Below are positions 40,206 to 55,039 of a DNA stretch of 64,000 nucleotides, one piece after another. The notes below the pieces were generated by a model that was not told the origin of the DNA, did no database searches, and saw nothing but the letters and a program-made list of their open reading frames with translations. Location: NCBI RefSeq assembly GCF_009914755.1, contig NC_060933.1; one strand, written 5' to 3'. How positions within the stretch are numbered: position 1 is the first letter of the stretch; the number at the start of each line of letters is the position of its first letter. The position numbers and the translations under genes were made by a program. Origin of the DNA: the human T2T-CHM13v2.0 reference genome, Homo sapiens.

Positions 40206-42441
40206 AAGATTTTAGAGGTTAGAGAAAGACATTGTTGCTCCCATTTTCAAATGGAAAAGCTGAGGTTTAAATGGTCAAATGCCCAAGATTTCTTAGTGAA
40301 TAATTAAATTCAGAAACTTGTCTTTATCTTATTCTAGATAGTTTTTAAGCAGAAATTTCTATTAATCTCCCTGAAAAATATCAAGACACATTAAACAAGG
40401 TCCTTATGTTAATTCTCATCTCCATCCCAGCCTATATTGCTGCTAGGTGACTCTTCCCAAAATAAGTGCTAATTACATCACTTCTTTGTATCCAAGGTTT
40501 TTTTTTTTTTAATGATTCTTTTTTGTCTCCTTAGTTCTTAATCTGCTGTTCAAATTCCCCAGCAACCTGCCTGTAATTTACTTTCTCAAAAGCTTAATCT
40601 AAGCTTATATACTTCTAGACACATTTTCTAAGGCCAAAATCAAAAACAAAACAAAGGAACTACTACTATTTACTATTCTTTACACATTTTCCTCACTTTC
40701 TTCATTTTATGCCTTTGACCATGTTCTGTTAGCTTGAAGTGCCTTTCCCACCTTTGACTCTATATAGCTAAAACTTGGCTACACCTCAGGTTCGTCTTAA
40801 ATTCTACTTCTGTCAGGAAACATTCACAGAGAGTGGGGTTTGGGGTTGGCGGTTGAGGGGTGATCTTTCTCATCTTTGAACTTCCCCATACTTTATTGCA
40901 ATAAAGTATTTGCCACTTTGTATTATAGTTCTTTGTAGTCTGTTTTATCCCATTTATGACTCCTCATTTCCAAAAATTGAAATATTAGCTAAGGGACTTT
41001 ATTTTGGCCAAAATTAGCCTGTTGCTTCTAATGTTCTTTTATTGACAGTTCATTTATGTTTAGTCTGTGAAGGGCTATCTTGTGTGATTTCATGTATTTA
41101 TTCATATTTTCTGTCAGTTGTTCTGCTATACCTTTTATTAATTATTCAGTAGTATGTAAATTAGTCTCATGTTTTAACCTATAAAAAGCAACAGTGGGTG
41201 AGCCAGTTAAATTTTCCTTGCGAAGCTGCTATTTTTGTCTTGAGGAATCCTGTTGAGGTTTTCTTGAGGTGAATGATGGAATATCAAAGAGGGACGTAGG
41301 ACTAGGAGGGAAAAACAGTTCCCCTTGAAGACTAGAATGAGGAATCACAAGCGTGGTTTTCATTTGCTGCCTTCTGAACTGAGGAATGAGTTTAAAGTAT
41401 TTGCATATATTAGATAGAAGCAGGAGAATTCCAGCTTCTAACAACGCTTCTTCCCAACTAAAATGAATTTATAGAAAATCAGGCTGTCTAGTGGTGACAT
41501 TTGCATTTCCGATTAACCATCAGGCCTACAGAAACTCCTTCAGCTGGTCATTATTACTGACAGCTTAGTATATCAATACATTGTCAAAGAGGACTTTTTG
41601 TAATTAAACTCCCACCGCATTGCACCTAGATTCGTGGTCATGTTCTGGATTTATAAGTGCAGCTTTTGAATAACATGGCTTCAAATAAAATGTCTAGGTA
41701 ACTTTAGAAAAATTTTTATTTCTGTCCATTTTACAGTAATATAAACTTTTCATCCAGCCCCTTAAAACTAAATCCTTATACTGTTTTGCCAATCCATAGT
41801 TCAGAAAACTTTAGTTTTAAGGATTGGAAATGTATTGAGTAAGTTTCCCTGACACTGCAATTGGCTGTTTACATGCTCATTAGGTTTACTTCTCAAATGT
41901 GCTGTGAGTTCAAAATTACTTGTACCTTATAAATATAATCAGCAAATGCTACTGGGGGATGAAAGAGTTTAGGACAACAAAAACTAGCATGCTGTAGGCT
42001 AAAGAATTCTGTCTTGCATTTGTCTTTCCTCCCAGTGGAGAATAAACTCCCAGTTAAAAAAGACTAGCATGAGAGTTTTGTCTTATTTCCTCATAGGATT
42101 CTTAAATCCATTAGATGTATTTAATCATGGCAATTGTTCCTGGAACATCTCTGAGTATAATCAAATGAACCAGTGTTCCAGCTTCTAAAGTTATTCTGAA
42201 AAAAAGGCAAACGTTCACAAGATAGATATAATCAAAGATTTCACTTTTTCTTCATGAATCTAACTAACCTAGGGATTCTTTGTAGCACTGAATTCAAGGT
42301 TTAGTATGTGGCCATGGGGAAAGAAATGGAAGTTCCACATCAACAATGTTCAACCTCCAAGCCAAAGCAACCCATTTGGCCACTTTATTCAAATACTTTG
42401 TTAGCCTAGTAAAAACATATAGGATGTCCAAGTTACTTGCT

Positions 42442-42611
42442 CAGTGGTTTCCAGGTGAGGCTGACCATCAGAATGCCCTGGCAAAGTTTCTTTAAAACAC
42501 TGAGATTCCTAAGGTCCATCCCAGCCTTAGAGAATCAGAATCTCCAGGGATGGGGCCAGTGAATTTCATCCTCAAAAGATTCTGATTTGCAGCTAGGTCT
42601 AAAGACCAGTG
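42442..42611. mobile_element. MER5A1-like hAT MITE
   Basis: cagtggtttcc...catcagaat...gaatcagaatctccagggatggggcc...gattctgat...aagaccagtg. Confidence 0.75.
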
Positions 42612-43049
42612 GAGTAAACCACCATTCCCCAGCTACTGGTCCAAGGACACTGAGGAGTTACTTCAATTTCTTTTTTTGTATTTCCTTAAATTTTGATTAC
42701 TTAATTCCTTTTATGAGCCTGCACAAGAAATAGAGTATGGCAAGTAATAAATTGCCTACCTCAATAAATTAACTCCTGTTCCCTACTCCTTAATAATCAA
42801 CAATATCACCATTATTTTCTGATATCTCAAACCTACACATTTCATCTGCTAATAGTGACATATTTGAACATAATTAAAATATTGAAACCCTTCTCTTCCC
42901 TGTTGGTGAGTTGCTCAAGATTGGATTATTTTATGCTCCTGGAGCATATTTTATAGTTGAAGAATATACATTCTATTGAAAAAAAAGTTTTTAAAAAGTG
43001 ATGCAATTTTATGTAATAATAAGTTCAATAATAACAATAAGTTTTTAAA

Positions 43050-43935
43050 AACAAGATAAGGGAAAAAAAGTAAGAAAGATAAATGATGACAAGTTTCAGG
43101 AAAGGCCTTTCTGAGGAGGAGACATTTTATATGACAATTCCAGTGCTGAAGATACTGCCTGCTATATTTTTTGAACCTGAGTAAATATTAGTTGAATGAA
43201 TGAATGAATGACAAGAGTAAGGCCTCATAAGAATCTATGGGCTGAGCCTATACAATAATACAATCTTGGGATGTTCTAGGAATAGCACTGTCTAGGAACA
43301 GCATCGACTAGGAGAGATGGGCGGGGGCCCAACAAAGTGGGGCCTGGAGGTCTTGATAAAGAGTTGAGACTTTATTCTATGTACAGATGGGGATTTAGAG
43401 AGTTTCAGTCAGATTAGTGATATGTTTATGATATGTTTATGTTCTATGATATGATATGTTTATGTTCTATATGTTTATGTTCATATGATATGATATGTTT
43501 ATGTTCTATAATGATTACTCAGGTTGCTGCGAGGAAAATGGAAAGCAGAGAGATGAGACAAGAGGACATTGCCAGGCTTTAGAACAGGGTGGAGGTTGTA
43601 GACTTGGAGAAAATGGCTCAGATTCTGGAAATAGTCAAAGGTGAAACAATGAGTCTTGCTAATGGAGTGGCTCTAGGAAGTAAGAGAAAGAGAAGAGTCA
43701 ATGATTAACACATACATTTGGTTGGAGACCCTGGGTTGATGGTACAACCTACCTAACGAGGTCAGGAAGACTAAGGAGAAGCAGGGTGGGGGAGGGTAGA
43801 AAATCAAGAGTTCTGTCCTGGAATGGAAAGCCTATCAGACTTCAAGTGCAGATGCTGACTGAGGAGTTGGATTTACAAGTCTGAAGCTCAGGGCTCTGGC
43901 TGGACAAAGGGATGTGGGAGTGATCAGCATAACAT
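43050..43935 (-). mobile_element. L2 relic with an internal minisatellite
   Basis: caggaaaggcctttctgaggagg, gagacttttattct, aatcaagagttctg, gttggatttacaagtctgaagctcaggg. Boundaries approximate. Confidence 0.7.
43418..43510. repeat. AT-rich minisatellite of (tga)tatgtttatgttcta variants
   Basis: About five scrambled copies read directly from the sequence. Confidence 0.9.
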
Positions 43936-44519
43936 ACACTTGGACTGGCCTTGCGGCTCCAGCTTGCCTTTTCCGCTTCCTTTCCTCTCCTCTTCATAAC
44001 TACTCCCACCTTCCCTCTTCTACTTCCTCCCAACTCTCCTCCTTTGCCCCCTCCTCTGCTATATTAGATGCTCTTTTAGAATCCATTGCCCTCTTTTTTT
44101 TATCCTATATTTTTTCACCACGGGATGTGTTATTTCTGGCTTAGAAATATACAGTCACAAGAGAAGATTTGAATTCTACTGTATAACTCATTAAGTCACT
44201 TGCTGCTCTCTGGGCCTCAATTTTCTCATGTGTGAAACATGCAGTCAGGTTATATCAGTGGATGAGATGACAGCAGGATGCCCAGACACTAATCCTGCTT
44301 CAAGCCTTGTAGATCCGATTTTGTTGATACCATCGTTGTTGTTGTTAACAATGATGTTTAGATAAAATCCTACTGAACAAAAGTGTCCATGAGCAGAAAT
44401 GGAAGTTTGGAAACCACTGGCTTAAAATGATAAATGATCTTTAAGTTACTCTCTGTCACTGAATTCAATTTTCCATGTGACTAATGTGGGCTGAGAAAAT
44501 GTAAGCAGAAGTGATTGGG

Positions 44520-45306
44520 GTTTAGGGTCTAAAATTAAGACTCGGTATTATGCACTGTCCTGACATCTGGTAAAATCAGTAGGGCTTCAAAAGGCTTAAT
44601 CCCCAGCTCCTCTCCCCTCTCTGCTCCCACAGATAAGGTGCTCAAACCAAACAACACTTCTTATCAAAGGGAACACAGACAGACCTGTGTTTCCCTGAAT
44701 AACAGGTTTCATTGCTTGCTACCCTGTGAAATTATTCAAACAAGTCAATCACTTCCTCCTGTGTGAATGAAGGGGCACCTCATCCTCTGGACACTACACT
44801 ATCTGCCTCTCCCTGCCTTTGCTTATCCACTCCATTCCCAAGTACAACCCCCAGGTGGCCCTCCATCATGTGCAGTGTCCTCTACTCCAGGCTGTGAGTA
44901 TAACCAACAAACTGCTGTCGATCTCATCTGTCCAGTGTCAGGTGTTGTGTATCCTGCCATCTCCATGACCCTAGGGAGGGAAGATGAAAATGAGGTGGGC
45001 TGGGCATGGTGGCTCACACCTGTAATCCCAGCACTTTGGGAGGCCCAGGTAAGTGGATCACCTGAGATCGAGAATTTGAGACCAGCCTGGCCAACATGGT
45101 GAAACCCCATCTCAACTAAAAATATAAAAATTAGCCGGTTGTGGTGGTGGGGGCCTGTAATCCCAGCTATTTGGGAGGCTTATTTGGAGGCTTAGGCAGG
45201 ATAAAACCTTGAACCCGGGAGGAGGAGGTTGCAGTGAGCCGAAATCACCCATTGCACTCCAGCCTGGGTGACAAGGGCAAAACTGCAAGCAAGCAAGAAA
45301 GAAAGA

Positions 45307-45337
<31 letters not shown>

Positions 45338-45492
45338 GAGGAGGGGAGGAAAGGAAGGGAGAAAGAAAAAAAGAGAAAAAGAAAGAAGGAAAGAAAGAAG
45401 AAAAGAAAAAAGGAAGGAAGGAAGGAGAGAGAAAGAGAGAGAAAGAAAGAGAAAGAAAGAAAAAATGAGGTGAATAGGAAGCCATGAAAACA
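44520..45492 (+). mobile_element. ERVL-class solo LTR (MER54/MER73-like) interrupted by an Alu
   Basis: tagggtctaaaattaagac...tgacatctggt...cagataagg...aaactgctgtcgatctcatctgtccagtgt...[Alu]...gtgaataggaagccatgaaaaca. Start approximate. Confidence 0.65.
44998..45461 (+). mobile_element. AluS with a tail expanded into a GA-rich tract
   Basis: Alu body 44998 to ~45285; polypurine tract to 45461. TSD aaaatgaggtg at 44987-44997 and 45462-45472. Confidence 0.9.
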
Positions 45493-45496
45493 GTAA

Positions 45497-46178
<682 letters not shown>

Positions 46179-46607
46179 TGACATCACAATGTCCCAGACA
46201 AAGGGTACTGTTTTAGCCTGAGCCTGATTGAAGAGCTGGAGCCAACCCTGAGAGGCAGTCACAGAAGTGAGAAACCAACATTGGTTGGTACAAGCCCCTG
46301 AGATTTGGGGTTTTTTTTTTTGTTACCTTGGATTAATTTAGAATAACTTAACATAACTTAGCCTAAACTGAGTTGAAAACAGATTTGTACTGGGGAGCAG
46401 AGGGCAAGTGCAAGTAGAGAGCATGTAGACACTAGGATACCAGGAGAAGAGGAAGGGGGAAGGGGACAGGAATTATCTTAGTACTGTACCTAGTACAGAT
46501 ATTTTGTACTCATTTCTTTTTACTTTATCTTTATGACAATCCTATAACTAGGATCAATACTTAGCTCTTCTCTTAGAAGAGACAAAGAAACTAGTATCAA
46601 CCAGCAA

Positions 46608-46817
46608 GATGGGATTTCCCAACTTCAGCAGTCCTGACCTTCTGAGACAGATAATTCTTTGTTGCAAGGGGAGAAGGGCTGTCCTGTGCATTGCAGGAGG
46701 TTTAATGCTCTTTGGCCTCCTCCCAGTAGCACCTCCCAGATCATAACAATCACACATGTCTCTAGACAATGCCAAATGTTTCCTGGGGGACCAAAAGACC
46801 CTAGTCGGGAACCACTG
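46608..46817 (-). mobile_element. MER20
   Basis: cagataattctttgttg...gctgtcctgtgcattgcagg...tctctagacaatgccaaatgtttcctggggg...gaaccactg. Confidence 0.87.
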
Positions 46818-47624
46818 CAGTAGAGTCCTGAAATCAGACAGAAGTCCACCTTGCTTAAATGTCTATGCCATTTCCATGAGGCCCTCCAGACAGCACTGAA
46901 GGTATGCAAAGAAGGAGGACTTGGCCCCCTCTTGACCTAGCCTGGGCCCTACCTGGCCTGTTTAGTGGATCAGGATGGAAGACAGATTCTCACTTGCCTC
47001 ACTGACTTACCTGAGCTGTCATCTGGCCCTAAACAGCACAGCGCACACTGTGCATATGCTCCATATCCTGTTACCAAATAGCTGAGCTGTTCTTCCCCAC
47101 AGAGGATGTTCCTAATAAATTATAGGTCTGAGCGAGTGATGAGCCTGAGGAAGGGTCATGATGAGTCTCTCTTTACTGCTATTAAGAAAAAATAAAACCG
47201 TGGTTAACCACATGGACCATATGGGGAATAAATCAAGGAAACTTAAATATGTACTAGGAGGAATTTCTGAGGCCAGGAAATGCAGCTCTAGCTTGCTCTC
47301 CTGCCAACCTGTGAAAAGACTCATGCTTGATGCATGGTGAACTGTGTCCTGTGGCTGTCAGCCAGGAGACTTCTGGTGAGGCCACGGGCATGAACAAAAC
47401 ATATGTCCATGGGGCCTCCTCCTGCCTCCCAATTAAGGGGCAGAAATAACACTCCACCTCATTGGGCCTTGGGAAGGCAGGCTAAGACTCCAAACATTAA
47501 TTACCACAATGTCAAATGGTTACATCTTTCTCACTCTCTGAGAAGGAAAAGCAATTGGAAGCCACCAGTCCTTGGAGCCCCAAAGTGGTGTCCTGTTCTG
47601 TTCTATACTTAAAAGGACAGACTC

Positions 47625-48100
<476 letters not shown>

Positions 48101-50809
48101 CTAGCCCCTCCAAATGTCCTAGCTCCCATTCCATCTGCCTCCTTCAGCAAACCAAGGGTCCTCAAGCAAAACACCACGGGCACATAGACTACAATGGCCA
48201 CCCGTGCTCAACACCTCAACGATGCAGTCATTTAAACTTAGACCTTTTTAAGATTAGCTAGAATTACCCTAGCTATGATGATTAACCCACAGATTAAGAA
48301 AATGGGTTAGAACCCAGTACCCTTCCCCACCTACTGTTACTCATTTCAAACCTTGCATACAGAGGGACTTGTTTGATTATATATTTTGAAGAATAATTCA
48401 AACTCATTATGATATATATGTGGGGAGGGGCATCTCAAGAATGTAAGTCTAACCTATAATCATGCATCATTATTGTGTTTTTCCAAAAGAAAACAGCTAG
48501 CACTCTCCTGGGGAATTGCTACTGCCTGGTGAAGGACTTAGGAGAAGCAGAGTCAAGACAGGGTGGCATGTAATATAAGGTTCCCACTGCAGCATTGTAG
48601 CTGACAGTGAAATCCCTAGGTTGCTCAGTGATGTGTTTCTGATAGTTTGCATTTTGGTTAACTGTCATTGCTTAAATGTGTGCATGCAAATGTACAGAAT
48701 TTCAGCTGTCTTAAGTTTTCTAGTTTGAGGATATGTTTAATCCTCTTTAAGGATAAGTAATTTTTATTATTTTAGAGTCAGTCTTCTACAGTGTAACAGC
48801 TTCCATTCATTTACGACGCATTTGCTATGGGTGGGCAGCATGAGCTCCAGGCCATTCTTGGTTAGAAGGGAGTTTTTGAAGAGGGTCTTATTGCTTAAGC
48901 AGGTTACTTCCTTAAATAAAATAAGTGAAACATTCTCAGGCCTTGGAAATTTATCTATGTTTGATGCAATTGCACCAAACATATGGGTCTTTAAAGGATG
49001 CCTAAGGATCTAATGTGTTTATCGGAATGTTGAATATGGATGTGGTATGTTTCTGTGAGCCCTAGATTTTAGAAGGTTCATAGTGTATCTTTTTCCAATA
49101 GCTATGAAACTTGATTCTTTTACTTTCGTTTGTTTGTTTTTTGTTCTTTGCTTTTGTGTGACTTTCTCTCCTACCCTTAAATGAATGTCATTTCTTTGAA
49201 TTTCCTGCTGCAATGACTGCTTTGATAACAAATGAAAAAGCAAAGAGGACCTTGGGTTTACTCTCCTGGGTTGGACTCAGTTCCAGTGAATTGCAGCACT
49301 TAAATCTACTGATTTATTGTACATTTTTCCATGTCTACATGGCAAAAGTCCCTTATAAAGAGAAGCTAATCCACTGTTTATTGTTCTGGTTTTTTGTTCA
49401 TATTTTAGCAATCTTAATGTTAATCTCAGATTGTCTATGTCAATAACAAATCAATCACCTGAAAATCAATCATTAAAATAACTTGTAAAAAAGTTTTGCA
49501 TATAAAATGACCTGATTCTTCAATAAATCCCCATTTATTTTATTCAAGATAATTGTTATTATATTAAATGGTTGAAATATATATATATATATATTTATCC
49601 AAATAAGATAAATTATTCTTTTTTGCTTCTAATTTTGTTGAGTCTTTTCATCAGACAAATCTTCCTTCCAGATAGTTCTGAATGACATGTGATGGCTCTC
49701 TACTGAAGTGCATGCAATAGCATTCAAATCCAGAGCTTAGAAAAGCATCCGGCTTTTCTAAGTAGGTGCTCAATAAATATTTGTTGAATTAATGAGATGT
49801 AGTTAACAAAATTATAAAGCTTCTCCAACCACAAGAACAAAATTGAATTTTTGAAACACCCTTAGATGCACTTCAAAGTATAGAAATGAAGGGGTTTGAG
49901 GAAGGATGAACAGCTCAGAAGCCAATCTTTTAATAATCACCTTTTAACATCACCACCTTTCCTCTACTCCTTTCATCATTCCTCATTTCAATTTTAACAT
50001 CAAAATCATCTCAGAAAGCCATCTTAGGATCAAGGACAGGTAGAAATTCATAGTACATTAGCTATTAATTTTCATTTAAATTATATGAAATGTCACCACT
50101 ATCTTCTCAATTTAACATATTCACTATTCACTTTAGTTGCATATGCTAGTATGTACAGGGGGGAAAATCCTATAAATTGCTTTCAGAGGCTTACTATGAC
50201 TACATCCCCCTTACCTTATTTTCCCTTTAAGATCTTAAATTGTACCATGCTAAATCTTTATATCGCAAGCAGGTTACAGAAGCAAACACTAATGATATTG
50301 GCATATGATTTGGTGTAGAATTGTAGATTTAGTGATTTGCCAGTTGTCAAAATGCAAATGAAAAATCCTCACCAAAAATATTCCAAGATTATGATTTCCG
50401 CTACCTGAAAAATGTCACAAAATCACCACCAAACTGAGCAGTTGTTCTAGTGCACAAAAACAGACTAAATTACCAAGTAGAATTCTTTTTTTCCTAATTC
50501 TAAGTTCAGGCAACCACAATAGGCAGCCTGTGACATAGTACGCCCTTGAATGATTCTTTGAGCTAATATTGATTGCAATAATGATTTTCCTAACGAGTCA
50601 AAATTGACTTCACAATACAAGTATAGTTATGCATGTTTTTCCGGAGTAGGACTTGGAACAAAGGTTCACAATGTCATGCTATGTATTGAACACTATTAGT
50701 ATGAGTTAACTAACAGGTAATTGTATCCATTGGAACCGATTAGAAGGGTCTATTTTTTTAAGAGTCAGAGAATACTTTTTTAAATAACATAGCCTCTGAC
50801 TAGTAGGTG

Positions 50810-51720
50810 CAGAAATTTATTCAACAAATATTGAGTGTCTACTTTGTGCTGCTGACTTTCCTATGCACTGCAGATATAGCAGGTAACATAACAGCAAAGT
50901 GCCTATTGTCATGGTTGTGCAGGGTTTTGTAAGTCACCATAGGGACTTTTACCAGGGAGGAGGTAGACAGCCATTGGAGAGTTTGAGAGAGGAGTAACAT
51001 AATTTGATTTATGTTTTCAAAAGAATACTCTGCTGTGTCAGAAATAAATATAATGAGGTGAAGAAGCAAAAAGGGAGACCAGTTAGGAGGCCATTGCACT
51101 AATCCAGCCAAACAGGATAGTGAATTAGACTAGAAGGTGTACAGTGGACATGGGGCAATGTGGTTGAATTCTGCATAAACAGAATTTTGAAGATAGAGCC
51201 AAGTGGCTTTACTGATGAAATGAAGTTGTAGTGTGAGAAAAAGAGCGAGGAGTCAAAGATCACGCAAAGAATTTGGGGCTAAGAAGCAGGAAAACTAAGT
51301 TTTCCTCCATTTATCAGAATGGAGAAGACTACAGGACAAAAGAGTTTGGAAGGACTGAGACCTCAGTTTTGGATTTGTTATGCTTAGGATGCTTGTTAGT
51401 CAGCAAATGTTATGCGCAGCAAGACTTTTCTAGTTTATTCATTTATTAAATATTGGTTGAGCACATACTATGGGCTAGACATGGAGCATACAGTGGAAAG
51501 CAAAAATAGACATGCACTCTACCACACTTTGAGCTAAGGGCTAGTCAGAAGTCTACAATTAAATGAAGTCAAACAAATAAAAGGAAAGTTACAACTGTGA
51601 AAGGTGATATAAAAGAAAGATACATTATACAGATAATGGGGCTTTGACCTAAATCAGGAAGTTAGTAAGGGCTTATCTGAAAATGTGAGGGCTGAGATGA
51701 GACATTAAGAACAACAGTCA
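50810..51720 (-). mobile_element. L2 fragments
   Basis: attcaacaaatattgagtgtctac; ggagaccagttaggaggccattgcactaatccag; ggagtcaaagat; tttattcatttattaaatattggttgagc. Confidence 0.72.
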
Positions 51721-51740
51721 ATACATACCATGATCTAAAC

Positions 51741-51963
51741 CAGGGTGTCCAATCTTTTAGCTTTCCTGGGCCACATTGGAAGAATTGTCTTGGGCCACAC
51801 ATAAAATATACTAACACTAACAATAGCTGATGAGCTTAAAAAAAAAGAAATTACGCACAAAATTCTCATAATGTTTTAAGAAAGCTTATAAACATATGTT
51901 GGGCCACATTCAAAGCTGTCCTGGGCTACATGAGGTCCTTGGGCCATAGGTTGGACAAGCTTG
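51741..51963 (+). mobile_element. MER30 (hAT-Charlie MITE)
   Basis: cagggtgtccaatctttt...gggccacacataaaatatactaacactaac...gttggacaagcttg. Degenerate 8-bp TSD atctaaac/ttctaatc. Confidence 0.92.
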
Positions 51964-53002
51964 TTCTAATCAAAAACATATTTGTGTGATGAACGACCAA
52001 CACTTAATTAAAGCCAGCGTCCAAGATGTGGTGAAAATTCAGGAATTTAAACGTTAGGACAATAAAAGTTCCTAGCAAAGAAAATGAAAACAAATGGGGA
52101 AAGGAATGGTATGAAAGAAGAACCCATAGAATGAGAAATCTGAGAAAGAGATACTGCAAAGTGAAATTTCAGTCTTTTCTTCATTTCCATTTTGCTGAAG
52201 AGAAATGGTTGCCCTTAATATAGTACAACAGAAAGAACTAATTAGACCATCCACCAACAACTGAACACAGAGTGTTGATGTGAGCGGAACTGTAACATCA
52301 CTAAGTTGTAAATTTTCCTCACCATATTTATGACAATTTGTCTTAAATTTCTTCCCCTGTCACCTTTTATTATACAAGATCACATTAACATTTTATTTGA
52401 GCCCCACAAATGTGAACCTCTTCACAGGAATTTGTTATTTTTATGCCAAAATCAGCTTGTTTTGTGATTATTATTTTATTGCAACCACATTTTGCTGTCA
52501 TTTATTGTCTTTGCAAAATCAAATTCTGATAAAAACTGAGAAGGGGAGACTTGGAGGGGGAATACCTTTCCTATCTGTAAATGTAAGTATCTTGTAATGA
52601 GGACAGTAATTGATCTTGAAGAACTACAGGCTGAGTCAGAAATTCTTTCAGCCTCTCTATCCTTTTTGGATTTCAATAAAACATTTAAAAAAGATTAACA
52701 CAGTATTGGATTGAGTGAAGGCATTTACAGTGTTCTCATTATTTCTTATCAACTACCAACACTAATTTCAGATAACTCTAGTGTGTAAGGAAGATATAAG
52801 TGATTCTGCAGTCACTGATTATCACTGTGAATTTTGAACATTAAGATGCTATTGATATCCTGAAGCCTTCCCTTGTATACTTAAGCAGTGGTTTGGATGT
52901 TGGCTGAAGGAGAAATGAACCCCATGCTGACAATTAGAATCTTCTGCTGTCCTAGAACTGTTTACCACAATTCTGTTTCTTGCCCTTCACCTATTAAAAT
53001 AA

Positions 53003-53047
53003 TTAAAAGTAATGGCAAAAACCGCAATTACTTTTGCACCAACCTAA
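53003..53047. mobile_element. Partial MADE1 with one intact TIR
   Basis: ttaaaagtaatggcaaaaaccgcaattacttttgcaccaacctaa. Confidence 0.88.
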
Positions 53048-55039
53048 TCCTTTACTTTGTACCACTGAGAGATTGACTACTGCCTGTCACAGGGGAGAGG
53101 GATCTCAAGGCTTCCCAGGCCTGCAACTTTTTATAGGATATGATCACTCTACAGGTACCTCTGCCTCCCTCCTTCCTCCAAACTCTTAAATCAAATTTAA
53201 ATAATAAGATATACTAAAATGTGTACAAGCAACATCAAATGCAAGCTAGGCTTAGGCAATTGTTCTGCACTTTTTCTGCTTTATTTTGTTGGTACAGAAA
53301 ACTTTTAAATAAGTCACGGGCCATCTGTTGGCCTTAACCTCAAGGCACCAGGGATAAAAGGGACACCAAGTTTACATATCTGAGTACCAGGAAAAACTCA
53401 CAGTGTGCTGATTTACTAAGGCTCTTGAAAGGAATACCCTGGGAATTAATTTAGCTCAAGATGAAATTCAATTTGAAGTTTTTCTTCTTTGGCTTTGAAA
53501 ATATGCAAAGAAAAAAATAGTACTGTCATGACCATTCAATTATTTGCCATCATTCCTTAGTTTGCTATTTTCAAAGTACAAATCCATAATATTTACAGAG
53601 TTGAAAGTGCCTTCACACATCACCAACCATTCCTGAAATCAAAGCTCTGATACAACTACAAAATGTCTTCAGTTATTTTTCTAATCAACTGAGGACTTTG
53701 TTATGTTTTCTTTAAAAAATACATACAACTTAGAGAAATTTAGAAGGTTTCCATGGTAGCATTTTTGTAAGCTGTGTAGCCATGGCTAAAGACAATTTTG
53801 CACTGGCAAGCTTTTTCTTTCAAATTTTTTCATTCCCTTATCTACTCCATTGGTACTGTTGGTGAAGTCTTATCCTTAAAGTCTTATGTATGTTGAGCAC
53901 TTTGGCTTCAGAATTGCAGATAAGTGGCTTCAGAACAGAAGACAACACGGTGGAGGGGATCTTTGTTGAACAATAGACATAGAAGACATTCAGAAAGCCA
54001 CATTTCAAGGAGCAATACTTCTAGAAGTGAGTTGGTGTTTTCTCAAAGGGTTGGATACTTGTGATAGATTTGAGTTCAGACAGCCACAAAAATTCTTTTC
54101 TTCAATATCACAAGGACCTTTCGGGATAGTTTTATCAAATTTTCCTACGCTAAGAGACTCATACCTGCTGGTTGTTCGATTATCAGTGGACAGCTTAAAT
54201 AATCGGTTTGATACTAAATTTTATACAGATAATTTCAATGATAAAACAAAAAATCCAGGAGTTGATACCAGAATAAAAAGATCATGTGTGGGTTGGTTCC
54301 ACAGAAGAGAGTTTCATACCTTCAGTGATGAATTCTAAGCCCGAAATTAGTAGAAGTGAAAAACATCCTCTGAAAGGCTCCTTTAATGTATCAAGTGGTT
54401 GGTTTCTACAAATAGAAATACCCATCATAATAAGTGACAAGCATGAAGAAGGTCATTCCAGTTCAAAAGAGAAAAGATTCTAAAAGTTAGGTTCTGAATT
54501 TCTATGTTTCTATCCGATGTGTTTCCTGGCTATTTTTGTTTCCCCTGTAAGTTACTAAACTATCATGACTTTTCTCAATTCTCCCTCATGGCAGTCACTG
54601 GGAAAAAAAATATGAATTTAATTACCCTAAGAGTTAAGGTTTATCTGAGGTCACAGTATTTATTGCTGATACCTGAACTGGAAAGTTGAGCTGATCTCCT
54701 TATTCTGCCGTTGGGTGTAGACCATGCGTAAGATCTTATGATGTCACCTAGAGGCTAATAGAATATCAAAACCCAACATGTCAGCACTGAAAGATATCAA
54801 AAACATTAATTTACCTCCACCTTGAAAAGAAACAAATAAATAGTCTGGACTACTCCAATAAATGATGGACTTTGCTTCCTCTCCCCTGCATTGTACTTTT
54901 CTTGTGTGCCTCTCATTTAGTGCCTCCAACAACTTACCGGATATTCTTTATCTGCATTCCTCATTTTTCCAGCAACAAAATAAGTTCTCCCAAGGCCAGA
55001 GTTGTATGTTGCCCAGCTTCCCAATGTTGGGTTTTTAAT

